Origin: Pontiella sp.
GTDB taxonomy: Bacteria; Verrucomicrobiota; Kiritimatiellia; Kiritimatiellales; Pontiellaceae
Length of the DNA: 64,000 nt
Direction: 5' to 3'
Assembly (NCBI GenBank): GCA_050290185.1
Contig: JBNKHE010000001.1
Coordinates: 130,713 to 194,712, forward strand
Shown: positions 41,232-50,993 of the stretch, piece after piece
Layout: every line of letters starts with the position of its first letter
How positions within the stretch are numbered: position 1 is the stretch's first letter
Made by a program: the position numbers and the translations under genes
Notes under the pieces: generated by a model
Database searches by the model: none
What the model was told of the DNA's origin: nothing
The model's input: the letters and a program-made list of their open reading frames with translations, nothing else

Positions 41232-42086
41232 ATGAAAACACGCCTGACCGCCTTAGCCTTGCTACTTGTTTTAGCAACCCCCGCGTTCCTGCGCGCCGAT
41301 GACGACCGTCCCGTGGTCGATGCCGACACACTCACGGATGAAAAGGTCGATAATGCAACCCTGCCCACACTGTACCTCGTCGGCGACTCCACTGTCCGGA
41401 TCGGCGGTAAACCCAAGGGATTCATCGGATGGGGCGAACGGATCAGCCCGTATTTCGACAAAGAAAAAATAAACGTGGTCAACAAAGCCATTGGCGGACG
41501 CAGCTCGCGGACCTACTACACAGAAGGGCGCTGGGAACGGGTCTTGAACGAAATCAAGAAGGGCGATTTCGTCATCATCCAGTTTGGCCATAACGATGTC
41601 GGCGATGTCGGCGATCCAAGAAACAAGCACCGCGCATCCGCCAAAGGGATCGGCGACAAGACCGAGAAGGATGAAATGGACGATGGCACCACCGAGGAGG
41701 TCCATACCTTCGGCTGGTACATGGCAGAATATGTCAAGACCGCCAAGGCAAAGGGCGCCACGGTGATTATCTGCTCACCGATTCCCCACAAGAACAGCTG
41801 GGAACACGGCCGCGACTTCAAGGATTATGCAGAATGGGACAAGAAAATCGCCAAGAAGTACGGTGCGCTGTTCATGGATCTCACGATGGTCATCACCGAC
41901 GCCTACAAGGATATCGACAAGGAGAAGGTGTTTTCGTTTTTTGCCGACAAGGGAACACACACGAACGACGAGGGCGCCATATTCAATGCCGAATGCGTGA
42001 TCTCCGGCCTGAAGAGCCTAAAGGGTAATCCGCTGGGTCGCTATCTTTCTAAAGACGGTCAGGCTATTGAACCGTACGACGATTGA
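41232..42086 (+). CDS. Secreted SGNH esterase, rhamnogalacturonan acetylesterase (CE12)-like
   Basis: Signal peptide, GDST, GWG, AIGGRSSR, QFGHND, DKGTHT. Confidence 0.9.
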   Translation: MKTRLTALALLLVLATPAFLRADDDRPVVDADTLTDEKVDNATLPTLYLVGDSTVRIGGKPKGFIGWGERISPYFDKEKINVVNKAIGGRSSRTYYTEGRWERVLNEIKKGDFVIIQFGHNDVGDVGDPRNKHRASAKGIGDKTEKDEMDDGTTEEVHTFGWYMAEYVKTAKAKGATVIICSPIPHKNSWEHGRDFKDYAEWDKKIAKKYGALFMDLTMVITDAYKDIDKEKVFSFFADKGTHTNDEGAIFNAECVISGLKSLKGNPLGRYLSKDGQAIEPYDD

Positions 42087-42092
42087 TCACGA

Positions 42093-42172
42093 AATGTAGA
42101 CGAGGCTTCCAGCCGCGTTACGCGGGCACGGATTCCTTTAGGTGCAATGCGGCTGGAAGCCGCATCTACATT
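42093..42172. repeat. GTAG-type REP doublet (REPIN-like) between convergent genes
   Basis: AATGTAGACGAGGCTTCCAGCCGCGT ... ATGCGGCTGGAAGCCGCATCTACATT, inverted arms with GTAG/CTAC ends. Confidence 0.8.
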
Positions 42173-42198
42173 CATGCACCAAGCGGTCGCGGCCTGCC

Positions 42199-43641
42199 TT
42201 ATGACTTTGGCTTGAGCTGCGGGAAGAGGATGACGTCGCGGATGGCGTCGGAGCCCGTCAGCAACATGAGCAAGCGGTCGATGCCGATGCCCATTCCACC
42301 CGTCGGAGGCATACCGTATTCCAGCGCGGCCAGGAAGTCCTCATCAATCTTTGATCCATCCCCTGCGGCCTGTTCCTCGAAACGCTTGCGCTGTTCGAGC
42401 GGATTGTTCAGCTCGCTGTAGGCCGGAGCAATTTCCTTGCCGCCGATGATCAGTTCGAAGACGTCGACCAGCTCGGGGTCGTCGGAACAATGATTGGCCA
42501 GCGGAACGAGTTCCTTCGGCAGACGGGTGATGAAGGTCGGCTGGATGAGCGTGCCTTCGATGGTCTTGTCGTAGATTTCGTGCGTGACCTGCTTGAAGTC
42601 CATCCCCTGCTCCACATGCACATCCAGCTCTTCGGCCTTGGCTACAGCCTCTTCCAGGCTCTTATCGAACCAGTCGTCGCCGAGGTGCTCCTGGATAAGG
42701 TCATAGTAAGGTACTTCGCGCCACGGGGCCTGCAGGCTGATGGTGTTGCCCATCCATTCGAATTCCATTTTGCCGAAGATCGTTTCGGCGAGATGCATGA
42801 ACATGCTCTGAATCAGCTCCTGCATGGTGCGCATATCGCCGAAGGCCTGATAAATTTCCAACGCTGTAAATTCGGGATTATGCGTGCGGTCGAGCCCTTC
42901 GTTGCGGAAGTTGCGGTTCATTTCGTAGACGCGGTCCATGCCGCCAACGATCAGGCGCTTTAGGTAGAGTTCGGGCGCGATGCGCATGAAGACATCGACG
43001 TTCAGCGCATTGTAATGTGCCTTGAACGGCTTGGCCGCCGCGCCGCCGGCAATCTGCTGGAGCATCGGTGTTTCGACTTCGTAGTAGCCACGCGCATCGA
43101 GGAAGTTGCGGATTTCCCGCATCACCTGCGTACGTTTCTTAAAGACATCCATCACTTCCGGATTAGAGATCAGGTCGAGCGAACGCTGGCGGTAGCGGGT
43201 TTCCACATCCTGCAAACCATGAAACTTTTCCGGCAACGGCAGCAGCGCTTTGGAGAGCAGCGTCCAGCTATTGATGCGGACGGTTTGCTCTTCGGTGCGC
43301 GTAATGAACAGTTCCCCTTCCGCGCCGATAATGTCACCGAGGTCGAGTAGCTTGAAGGCATCGAAAATCTCATCGCCCATCACATCTTTCTTCACCATGA
43401 GCTGGAACTTGGCGGAACCATCGGAAATATGCGCAAAGGCCATCTTGCCCATCTTACGCATGGCCACGATGCGGCCACAGGCCTTGACCACCTTGCCCTC
43501 CTCGAAGGAAGCGTGCAACTCGTCCAGCCGTGCGGTACGCTCAAAGGCCTTGCCGAAGGCTGGAAAGCCGGCTTCTTCGAGCTTCTCCATATTCTGGATG
43601 CGCTGCTGACGGTACTCATTGGTAGACAGTTCTTCACTCAT
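42199..43641 (-). CDS. lysS: Lysine--tRNA ligase (class II)
   Basis: RIAPELYLKRL, FRNEG, HNPEFT, YGMPPTGGMGIGIDRL. Confidence 0.98.
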   Translation of the reverse strand: MSEELSTNEYRQQRIQNMEKLEEAGFPAFGKAFERTARLDELHASFEEGKVVKACGRIVAMRKMGKMAFAHISDGSAKFQLMVKKDVMGDEIFDAFKLLDLGDIIGAEGELFITRTEEQTVRINSWTLLSKALLPLPEKFHGLQDVETRYRQRSLDLISNPEVMDVFKKRTQVMREIRNFLDARGYYEVETPMLQQIAGGAAAKPFKAHYNALNVDVFMRIAPELYLKRLIVGGMDRVYEMNRNFRNEGLDRTHNPEFTALEIYQAFGDMRTMQELIQSMFMHLAETIFGKMEFEWMGNTISLQAPWREVPYYDLIQEHLGDDWFDKSLEEAVAKAEELDVHVEQGMDFKQVTHEIYDKTIEGTLIQPTFITRLPKELVPLANHCSDDPELVDVFELIIGGKEIAPAYSELNNPLEQRKRFEEQAAGDGSKIDEDFLAALEYGMPPTGGMGIGIDRLLMLLTGSDAIRDVILFPQLKPKS

Positions 43642-43725
43642 GATTTTCTCCTGAAAAATTGGCGGCAAACCATAGGGATTCGTTACCGGCAAGTCAACCC
43701 GCCACTAAGCCGTACACCGGGATGT

Positions 43726-43800
43726 TTTATCACAGAGGACGCAGAGAGCATGGAGGAAGACTACTAAGATCGGCTCCTCTGAGACCTCTGTGGTGAATAA
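43726..43800. repeat. Imperfect intergenic inverted repeat (CACAGAGG...CCTCTGTG)
   Basis: TTTATCACAGAGG...CCTCTGTGGTGAA with internal degenerate ~9-nt units. Confidence 0.55.
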
Positions 43801-44856
43801 TTAAACCCAGTCGGCGAGGCGGAGGTTGGGATTGACGTCAACCGGTTCCGGTCCGGGTTTGCCCAGACGGTATTTTTCATAGGCCACACCGGCAATCATG
43901 GCGGCGTTGTCGGTGCAATAAGCCGGCGGACAGAGAAGCAGTGCATCGCCCGTTTTCTGCGAGAGATCGGCCAGTTTTTGTCGGAGCACCTTGTTCATGG
44001 ATACACCACCCGCGCAGGCAAAGCTCTTGATCGGAAAACGCTTCAAAGCGCGCTCAACCCGTGTGGCCAACGCATCGCAGACGGCTTCCTGATAGCTGGC
44101 GGCGATATCACGCAACTCGTCGCCCTCGGGCACATGGTCGAGGTTTTTGACGTGGGTGAGCAGCGAGGTCTTAAGCCCGCTGAAGCTGAAGCATAGATCG
44201 CGGTCGTACTTATAGATCCACTTGCCGCGGTCGACGCTGTCCAGTCCGCGCGGGAAGCGAATGTAGTTCGGATCGCCACCTTCGGCCGTTTTCTGAATGA
44301 TCGGTCCGCCCGGATAACCGAGCTGCAGCACGGCAGCGGCCTTGTCGAGCGCCTCCCCTGCGGCATCGTCGATAGTACTTCCAAGCAGCTCATACTGTCC
44401 GGGCCCCTTCATCACCACCAGACTCGTGTCACCGCCGGAAACCATCAGCCCCAGCAAGGGGAACGCTTCGGCCTCGGTCGGGGCATCCTCCTTCATGAAG
44501 ACGGAATGCAGGTGGCCTTCGTGGTGATTGACGCCGATCAACGGTTTATTCAACCGTTGCGACAGCGTCTTGGCGGCGGAATAGCCTATGAGCAGCGAAC
44601 TGGCCAGGCCGGGACCGTAGGTAACAGCAATGGCATCGATTGATGCGTAGGTTTCGCCCGCCGTATCCAGAGCCTCCTGGATGATTCCGGGAAGCTTGGC
44701 CACATGGTTGCGCGAAGCGATTTCTGGCACGACCCCGCCATAGGGCCGGTGCTTGGCGATCTGGGAGTAGATGGCGTTGGACAGCACATTGCGCCCGTCT
44801 TCCACAACGGCAGCTGCGGTTTCATCACACGAGGTTTCGATGCCCAGAATTTTCAT
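43801..44856 (-). CDS. tsaD: tRNA threonylcarbamoyltransferase TsaD
   Basis: GIETSCDET, GGVVPEIASRNH, NHHEGH, DDAAGEA, CTDNAAMI. Confidence 0.97.
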   Translation of the reverse strand: MKILGIETSCDETAAAVVEDGRNVLSNAIYSQIAKHRPYGGVVPEIASRNHVAKLPGIIQEALDTAGETYASIDAIAVTYGPGLASSLLIGYSAAKTLSQRLNKPLIGVNHHEGHLHSVFMKEDAPTEAEAFPLLGLMVSGGDTSLVVMKGPGQYELLGSTIDDAAGEALDKAAAVLQLGYPGGPIIQKTAEGGDPNYIRFPRGLDSVDRGKWIYKYDRDLCFSFSGLKTSLLTHVKNLDHVPEGDELRDIAASYQEAVCDALATRVERALKRFPIKSFACAGGVSMNKVLRQKLADLSQKTGDALLLCPPAYCTDNAAMIAGVAYEKYRLGKPGPEPVDVNPNLRLADWV

Positions 44857-45091
44857 GGCGCATATAAAACGGGGCTGATCCAATTAGAGCAACCATTATT
44901 TTGGAATACATGGGGCATAAAGAGGAAGAGAAGGTCTGGCCGAGGAAGCACAAGAGAAGCATTCGTTTGTCCGGATGATCATCTTGAAGCTCTGTTGAGG
45001 ACATTCTTTGATCTGCTTATGCTTTTGCCGGATCAAAAAAAGGGCCTGAATTAATAATTCAAGCCCCGTTTCCCTTTTCAAAGGAAGGGTT

Positions 45092-45667
45092 CTACATACC
45101 GAGCATGCCTTGCCGTTCGGCTTCGTCGAATTCCTTGATCTCCTTGTCGAGCTCATCAAAGGCTTTGGAGGCGCGGAAGCGCTCGTAGAGATGCTTGGCG
45201 TTACTGTTTTTAAGCGATTCATCAATAATATCGGGATTGAGCACCATCAGAACATAAGCGGTCGTAACCCCCGCCTTGGTGTCGTATTTCTGGATCTTGG
45301 GACGGGTGCCCTGCAGCGTCTGGGAGGTGATCTGCTTGGTAGCCGAACTAAACAGTTCATTCATTTCGGAGCTTTCCGCATCGCCGACTTCTTCCACGAA
45401 CGCCTTTTCGAGGTTCTCTATCTTGACCTGAACCAGCTGCGCCAGATTCTTACGCGCGTCCAGTTTGGCTTTGGCCAAGGCCACATCCGGCTTTCGGGAC
45501 TCGCCCATGCCCACGGCCGCCATGCCGCCTTTGTCGCCGATTTCTCCAACCTTCGCCTGAAGAACATCAAACATGGTTTCATCAGAATCCACCGGCGGCG
45601 TGGACTTGCATCCGGTAAAACCGATGCATACCGCCAGAGAAAATAGACCTAGAATTGTGCGTTTCAT
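45092..45667 (-). CDS. Lipoprotein (LPP20-like)
   Basis: Lipobox FTGC, 'A..KA.LDAR..LA'; GGAGG RBS. Confidence 0.7.
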   Translation of the reverse strand: MKRTILGLFSLAVCIGFTGCKSTPPVDSDETMFDVLQAKVGEIGDKGGMAAVGMGESRKPDVALAKAKLDARKNLAQLVQVKIENLEKAFVEEVGDAESSEMNELFSSATKQITSQTLQGTRPKIQKYDTKAGVTTAYVLMVLNPDIIDESLKNSNAKHLYERFRASKAFDELDKEIKEFDEAERQGMLGM

Positions 45668-45887
45668 TTCAACCTCCTGTTAAGCTTACCGCATCCTCGG
45701 AACACCCGTTCCGCAACTCTCACAATGTGCAGAGATTATCCAAAGAACGGAAAGCCTCCGCAATGTTTTTCTGAAAACAACTGATTTGGGTGAAACATTC
45801 CATTTCAGCAGGAACACCTAGGCTTGATCCCGCTCCAATGGAAGTGGTATCTCTCTAGCTTCATAACCGCCAAAGGGGGATTCTGCG

Positions 45888-46991
45888 ATGCTGCACCACA
45901 TTCCATTCGACGACATGGAGCATTTCATGATCGATGTTTTCAAAGGCATCGGCGTGCCCGGGGAGGATGCCCGGATCTGCGCGGATGTGCTTATCACTTC
46001 TGACAAGCGCGGAATCGACTCGCACGGGATCGGCCGGCTCAAACCGATCTATTACGACCGCATCGTCGAACAGAAGATCCAGCAGCCTGTCACCGAATTC
46101 GAAGTCGTGCGCGACCACCTCGCAACTGCGGTCGTCGACGGCCATCATGGCATGGGCATGGTCATCGCCAAACGCTGCATGCAGATGGCCATCGACAAGG
46201 CGAAACAGTATGGCATGGGCATGGTCGTGGCACGCAACTCCACTCACTACGGAATCGCCGGCTACTACCCGCTCATGGCCTGCCGGGAAAACATGATCGG
46301 ATTGACCGGGACCAACGCACGTCCATCCATTGCTCCAACGTTCGGTGTTGAAAACATGCTCGGCACCAACCCCGTCGTCTTTGGCTTCCCGACCGACGAG
46401 CCCTTTGATTTTGTCAACGACTACGCCACCTCGGTCATCCAGCGGGGAAAGATCGAGCAGTATGCCCGCGAAGGCAAAGACTGCCCCGAAGGGCTGATCA
46501 TTGGTCGCGACGGAAAGAGCAAGACCGACTCGGCGCAGATTCTCGAAGATCTGGTCAACGGCGAAGCCGCCCTCGCCCCGATCGGCGGTATCGGCGAGGA
46601 AACCGGGGGCTACAAGGGCTACGGCTTTGCGACCGTAAGCGAAATTCTTTCTGCCTCCCTGCAACAAGGGGCCTTTCTACATCAACTGACCAACAGGAAT
46701 GCCGACGGTACCCTTAAGCCCTACCAGCTTGGGCACTACTTCATGGCCATCGACGTCAAATGCTTCTGCGACCCCGCCGACTTCCGCAAACAGACGGGCG
46801 ATATCCTGCGCGCTCTGCGCAACTCGGCAAAAGCGCCGGGTGCCGAACGCATCTACACCTGCGGCGAAAAGGAATACCTCGCCGGCATCGAACGCGCCGA
46901 CTCCGGCGTTCCGGTCGGCGAGGCTCTGCAGAAAGATATGGTCGCCATGCGCGATCAGCTTGGACTGGACTACCACTGGGACTTTGAATGA
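45888..46991 (+). CDS. Ldh_2 family (malate/L-lactate/L-sulfolactate) dehydrogenase
   Basis: RGIDSHG, NSTHYG, GTNP, GYKGYG. Confidence 0.92.
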   Translation: MLHHIPFDDMEHFMIDVFKGIGVPGEDARICADVLITSDKRGIDSHGIGRLKPIYYDRIVEQKIQQPVTEFEVVRDHLATAVVDGHHGMGMVIAKRCMQMAIDKAKQYGMGMVVARNSTHYGIAGYYPLMACRENMIGLTGTNARPSIAPTFGVENMLGTNPVVFGFPTDEPFDFVNDYATSVIQRGKIEQYAREGKDCPEGLIIGRDGKSKTDSAQILEDLVNGEAALAPIGGIGEETGGYKGYGFATVSEILSASLQQGAFLHQLTNRNADGTLKPYQLGHYFMAIDVKCFCDPADFRKQTGDILRALRNSAKAPGAERIYTCGEKEYLAGIERADSGVPVGEALQKDMVAMRDQLGLDYHWDFE

Positions 46992-47006
46992 CCCGGAGAG
47001 CATTCC

Positions 47007-47249
47007 ATGGAACTCAAACTATCCGACCAGCAGAAGAAACAACTTTTGCAAAAAGTGGTCAGCATGTATCTCGACGTCTTCGATGAGGAGATCAGCGATT
47101 TCCGTGCGGAACAGATCCTCGCCGCGTTCACCGAAAACATCGCCCCCGCCATCTACAACATGGCGCTGGAGGATACAAAACAGTTCCTGACGAAGCAGAT
47201 CGACGACCTAGACGCCATCTACCATAAAGAAGAAACGTCGCCCACCTAA
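47007..47249 (+). CDS. DUF2164 family protein
   Basis: EISDFRAE.IL..F...IAPAIYNMAL.D pattern. Confidence 0.8.
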   Translation: MELKLSDQQKKQLLQKVVSMYLDVFDEEISDFRAEQILAAFTENIAPAIYNMALEDTKQFLTKQIDDLDAIYHKEETSPT

Positions 47250-47466
47250 ACCGAAGCAGGAAGAACCCGTTAGCCTAAAGCTGAAACTGACGACTGTCGG
47301 AGCTGACTTCACCCTCAACATCAAATAAACGGTCAGTACCGGAGCTCTTCGGGACCGGACTTCCATGAGGTGAGAAGCCAGCCTTAGCACACACATTGTC
47401 TTCTTTTTTCCAAGACATTGGAAATAAATCCCCTATTTTAGGGGCTCTATAGCAAGGGGATGCAGA

Positions 47467-47868
47467 ATGTCCAAGGGGTTTCAGGGAAAGTTTCATCGGC
47501 AAAACATGCTTTCGCACTTTGCGAAGGATCTGGTACGCCGTTCGCGTTCGCATTGTGAACTGTGCGATAAACACGGCGTAAAGCTGGACGTCTACGAACT
47601 CCCCCCCCTTGATGAGGAACCCTTTCTCAACGGTTGCCTGTTTATCTGCGATGGCTGCAGAAAGCAGATCGTTGAACCCAAAAAGATGATCCCCTCCTAC
47701 TGGCGCTGCCTCAATAACGCCCTTTACTCGGAAGTTCCTGCGGCACAAGTGATGTCGTTCCGCATCTTAAAGCGCCTTGCCAAAACCGATCACCACTGGG
47801 CCAGGGAACTTCTGGAAAACGCTTATCTCGACCCGGATCTGGAAGCGTGGGCGAACGAAGCGGAATAA
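47467..47868 (+). CDS. PhnA-related zinc-ribbon protein
   Basis: LVRRSRSHCELC, ICDGC, WRCL...LYSEVPA.QV. Confidence 0.75.
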   Translation: MSKGFQGKFHRQNMLSHFAKDLVRRSRSHCELCDKHGVKLDVYELPPLDEEPFLNGCLFICDGCRKQIVEPKKMIPSYWRCLNNALYSEVPAAQVMSFRILKRLAKTDHHWARELLENAYLDPDLEAWANEAE

Positions 47869-47930
47869 TAGATCTGATAAAAGGGATTACAACCCTGGTC
47901 GGCTACACCCTCGCAACCCTGGCCATGGCA

Positions 47931-48131
47931 CAGCCGATCGCCAATATGCCCAAAACACTCCAGTGACTGACCGATGCGATTCCCCTGCGTTATTTCCTGG
48001 TTGTCCTGCGCAGCGTATTTCTCGAAGGCGCGACGGCCGATCTGCTCATATCGCAATACTGGCCGATGGCCCTCATCGGGTGCGACTGCCTCTTCATGGC
48101 CTCGTTCCTCTTCCGCCGCCGGATCAGCTGA
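47931..48131 (+). pseudogene. C-terminal remnant of an ABC-2 (YbhR-like) permease
   Basis: Manual translation QPIANMPKTLQ*LTDAIPLRYFLVVLRSVFLEG...QYWPMALIG...FRRRIS*; in-frame TGA at 47964-47966 and no N-terminus. Confidence 0.75.
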
Positions 48132-48143
48132 GCAAAACACCGG

Positions 48144-48602
48144 TCACGGATGGACAAAACGTTCCAGTGCCGGATCAATGGACCGGATCAGGCAGGCGGC
48201 AGGCGAGCCGGGTTCCATGAGTTCAAAGTCCTCGTACTCAAATCCGGGACCCACCGAGCAGCCAACCAGCACCGTGTCTCCCATGGGTCCGGCGGCCTGC
48301 CAAGCTCCGGCCGGAACCACGTGGCAGAAGCGGTCGTTCTCCGCGGATAGTTCATGGCATTCGGGCGGTGCATTCGTGCCGTCCCAGATATAGAGCCGGA
48401 GCCCTTCGCCCCGATACAGGTTCCAGATCTCGTCCGAGGCAACCCGGTGAAACCGGCTGACCTGCCGTCCCGTCAGCGAGTAGTAGATGTGCGTAAGGGC
48501 CGAACGGGTCCGCCCATCGCCGGTTACCACCGTTGCGCTGGACTTGAAAATCCTCCGAAAGCGTCCTCCTTCGGGGTGTTCCATGAGATCACTCGCTTGC
48601 AT
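48144..48602 (-). CDS. Cupin domain protein (DUF985)
   Basis: HPEGG.F, FHRVASDEIW, VVPAGAWQAA, VGCSVGPGFEY.DF. Confidence 0.9.
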   Translation of the reverse strand: MQASDLMEHPEGGRFRRIFKSSATVVTGDGRTRSALTHIYYSLTGRQVSRFHRVASDEIWNLYRGEGLRLYIWDGTNAPPECHELSAENDRFCHVVPAGAWQAAGPMGDTVLVGCSVGPGFEYEDFELMEPGSPAACLIRSIDPALERFVHP

Positions 48603-48660
48603 ATCATTATCCGGTTGTGCCTGGTGGGCTTCTCATGCGGTTGGGCCTTCTTCGTCGGTT

Positions 48661-49098
48661 CTATCCGAAAATATGGGCAAATTGACCACCGAGCTGGGCT
48701 CCGTCTACTTTGACGGCATCAAGCAACAACTTCTCATCCCCTTTCAGAACAACGGTACTGCAATAGGCAACCGAAAACTCATCCCGGCTCTCGGCGTGGA
48801 CGAACAGCATGTCGGCTTCGTCGGCGCTGTCCATATTCCGGGCGGTGGCTTCTGCAATATGAATGAAGGCGTAGCCGTTTCTCTCCGCGAGCATATTCTT
48901 CAGCTCTCGCACAATATCATCCTTGTCCATTCCAGCAACCGGAACCACCTTCATTAACCCCTCGTCACCAAAAATGAAGAAAATTTCGACATGGGTGCCG
49001 GCTTCGAGAAACTGGCGTCTGGCCTCTTCATTGAGCATCTCGATCCACGCGTTAAGCGAGCTCTGCTTGTTCTGGCGGTCCCATTCGGGTGGTGTCAT
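48661..49098 (-). CDS. Hypothetical protein
   Basis: Plausible ORF from MTPPEW with AGGA RBS; family not recognised. Confidence 0.6.
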   Translation of the reverse strand: MTPPEWDRQNKQSSLNAWIEMLNEEARRQFLEAGTHVEIFFIFGDEGLMKVVPVAGMDKDDIVRELKNMLAERNGYAFIHIAEATARNMDSADEADMLFVHAESRDEFSVAYCSTVVLKGDEKLLLDAVKVDGAQLGGQFAHIFG

Positions 49099-49120
49099 GT
49101 GAATTCCTGAATTTGGCCGT

Positions 49121-49552
49121 TCAATCCGGCTTCGGTGTATAGAGCAGAAAAACATGGGTTGGGCCGGATGAGCCCTGCACGCCGCGGATTTCGACCGTCT
49201 CCCCTTCGTGCGAAGCCATAATCCGGAATGACTGTCGGCCCATCTCCATCGTATCGGTATTCCATTGATGGGCAAACAGCTGATCGTTGAACCGGCTTCG
49301 GACATCCACCAGGGGAAGTTTCGCCGTCATGCCGGCACCAATCAAATGCGTGCGGGGAATGTGACCGTGGTCCTGCAACTCAAATTCATCCATCAGGAAA
49401 TAGTCCGGGAACAGAATGATATCGCGGCTTCCCGTCAGTTCCTGATCGGTAATGGGCGCGTTATCCAGATAGAATTTTTTAGGCGCGTTGTGGGCGCATC
49501 CGGCCAGTAAAGCCGCAACACAACATATCAAACCAATTAATCGCATCTTCAT
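49121..49552 (-). CDS. Hypothetical lipoprotein
   Basis: Lipobox LAGC. Confidence 0.7.
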   Translation of the reverse strand: MKMRLIGLICCVAALLAGCAHNAPKKFYLDNAPITDQELTGSRDIILFPDYFLMDEFELQDHGHIPRTHLIGAGMTAKLPLVDVRSRFNDQLFAHQWNTDTMEMGRQSFRIMASHEGETVEIRGVQGSSGPTHVFLLYTPKPD

Positions 49553-49662
49553 CCCTGCTCCATCGTTTCCTGACCCGGAAATTGAAGAGGGAATTTAAAT
49601 GAAAAAAGCGCGCGAAACAAGGATGGCCTTGCTCCAACGCGCCCATCGATGAATAGACAACT

Positions 49663-50334
49663 CTACTTTTCGGCAATGTCGCAGATGTTGCAGGTACGGC
49701 AATCCATGCCCGGCGGCGTATAGGTCTTGCCTTCCCGCTGGGCTTTACGGATTTCCTGCGCGTTTTTAGCCGCAAGAAAGAGCCCCAGAATAATGAATGC
49801 GCCGGGAGCGGAAGTCATCAGCATGAAGTCGACGGACCAACCGGAGATCAACTTGACCTCGAAAAGCGATCCACTGGCCAGAAACTCGCGGGTGCCGCCG
49901 AGAGCAACGAGCGCAAGGGTAAAGCCCAGCCCCATGCCTAGACCGTCAAACATGGATCTGACGATCCCGTTCTTGGAGGCAAACGCTTCGGCACGCCCCA
50001 GCACAATGCAGTTCACCACGATGAGCGGGATGAAAATGCCCAGCGCGTCATAAAGCGCCGGCGGAGCATACGCCTGCATTTCAAGATCGACGATCGTTAC
50101 AAAGGTCGCAATGACGACAATGTAAACCGGGATGCGGATCTTTTTCGGCACGATGTTCCGGATCAGCGAAATAACGAGGTTGCTGCACAATAGCACGCAC
50201 ATCGTTGCCAGCCCCATGCCAAGCCCGTTGGTGGCGCTGGAGGTCACAGCCAGTGTCGGGCACATTCCGAGTAGCAGTACCAGTACCGGGTTTTCCTTCC
50301 AGAGGCCTTTGCTAAATTCCTTCATCACGCTCAT
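49663..50334 (-). CDS. rnfE: Rnf complex subunit E
   Basis: ENP..VLLLGMCPTLAVT, IPLIVVNC..LGRAEAFA. Confidence 0.95.
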   Translation of the reverse strand: MSVMKEFSKGLWKENPVLVLLLGMCPTLAVTSSATNGLGMGLATMCVLLCSNLVISLIRNIVPKKIRIPVYIVVIATFVTIVDLEMQAYAPPALYDALGIFIPLIVVNCIVLGRAEAFASKNGIVRSMFDGLGMGLGFTLALVALGGTREFLASGSLFEVKLISGWSVDFMLMTSAPGAFIILGLFLAAKNAQEIRKAQREGKTYTPPGMDCRTCNICDIAEK

Positions 50335-50993
50335 TGTTCGGCTCCCGTCTCAAGTTCTTCCAAATGGTCAACGGCCGTCTGGCTCACGGCATAGACCGCT
50401 CCGCATACGGCGCGGCTGGTAATGGTGGCCCCGGTTTTGGCATCGACGTCGCCGCCGTCCTTCACCACGGCCCAAGCCTTGCCATCCGCCTTTTTCCCAT
50501 CGTACTGATCAAGGAAACGGTTAGGAGGCAGACCGGTCAGCTCCGAAGCGCCCTTGATCACATCCATGATCGTCTTCTTGACCTTGCGATCGGTAATTGC
50601 CGTTCCCAGACCGGGCGTTTCCGTCTGCTTTGTCACGATCACCTTGCGCACGGAGCCGTCGGCGTTGAGCCCGACCATGGCGGTTACGTCGCCGGAAAAC
50701 CCTTCAGGAGTAACCACTTCTCCGGCGTAGCCAACGATCTCACCATCCTTGCGGCCGATATAAAACGTGACCTTCCAGCCTTCAGTAGAATTGATATCCT
50801 TCGTTTCCGCACCCGGCACGTTGTCGAATGCCGGAAGCACCTGCTCGAGAGCCTCGTTGGTTTTCTTTTGCTGATTGACGGAAATGGCTTCGGCCGTAGA
50901 ACTGTATACGAGTGCAAGCAATCCGGATGCGACCGCGGCCACGAGGCCGAGGAAAATACCCAGCTTGGGAATATTGATTTTCTGCGTGCTCAT
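50331..50993 (-). CDS. rnfG: Rnf complex subunit G
   Basis: ETPGLG, FMN site TGATITS. Confidence 0.93.
   Translation of the reverse strand: MSTQKINIPKLGIFLGLVAAVASGLLALVYSSTAEAISVNQQKKTNEALEQVLPAFDNVPGAETKDINSTEGWKVTFYIGRKDGEIVGYAGEVVTPEGFSGDVTAMVGLNADGSVRKVIVTKQTETPGLGTAITDRKVKKTIMDVIKGASELTGLPPNRFLDQYDGKKADGKAWAVVKDGGDVDAKTGATITSRAVCGAVYAVSQTAVDHLEELETGAEQ

Noticed and set aside
47964..47966. In-frame TGA as recoding (Sec or Trp)
   Set aside because: TGA is a normal stop elsewhere in the window, and the fragment lacks an N-terminus.
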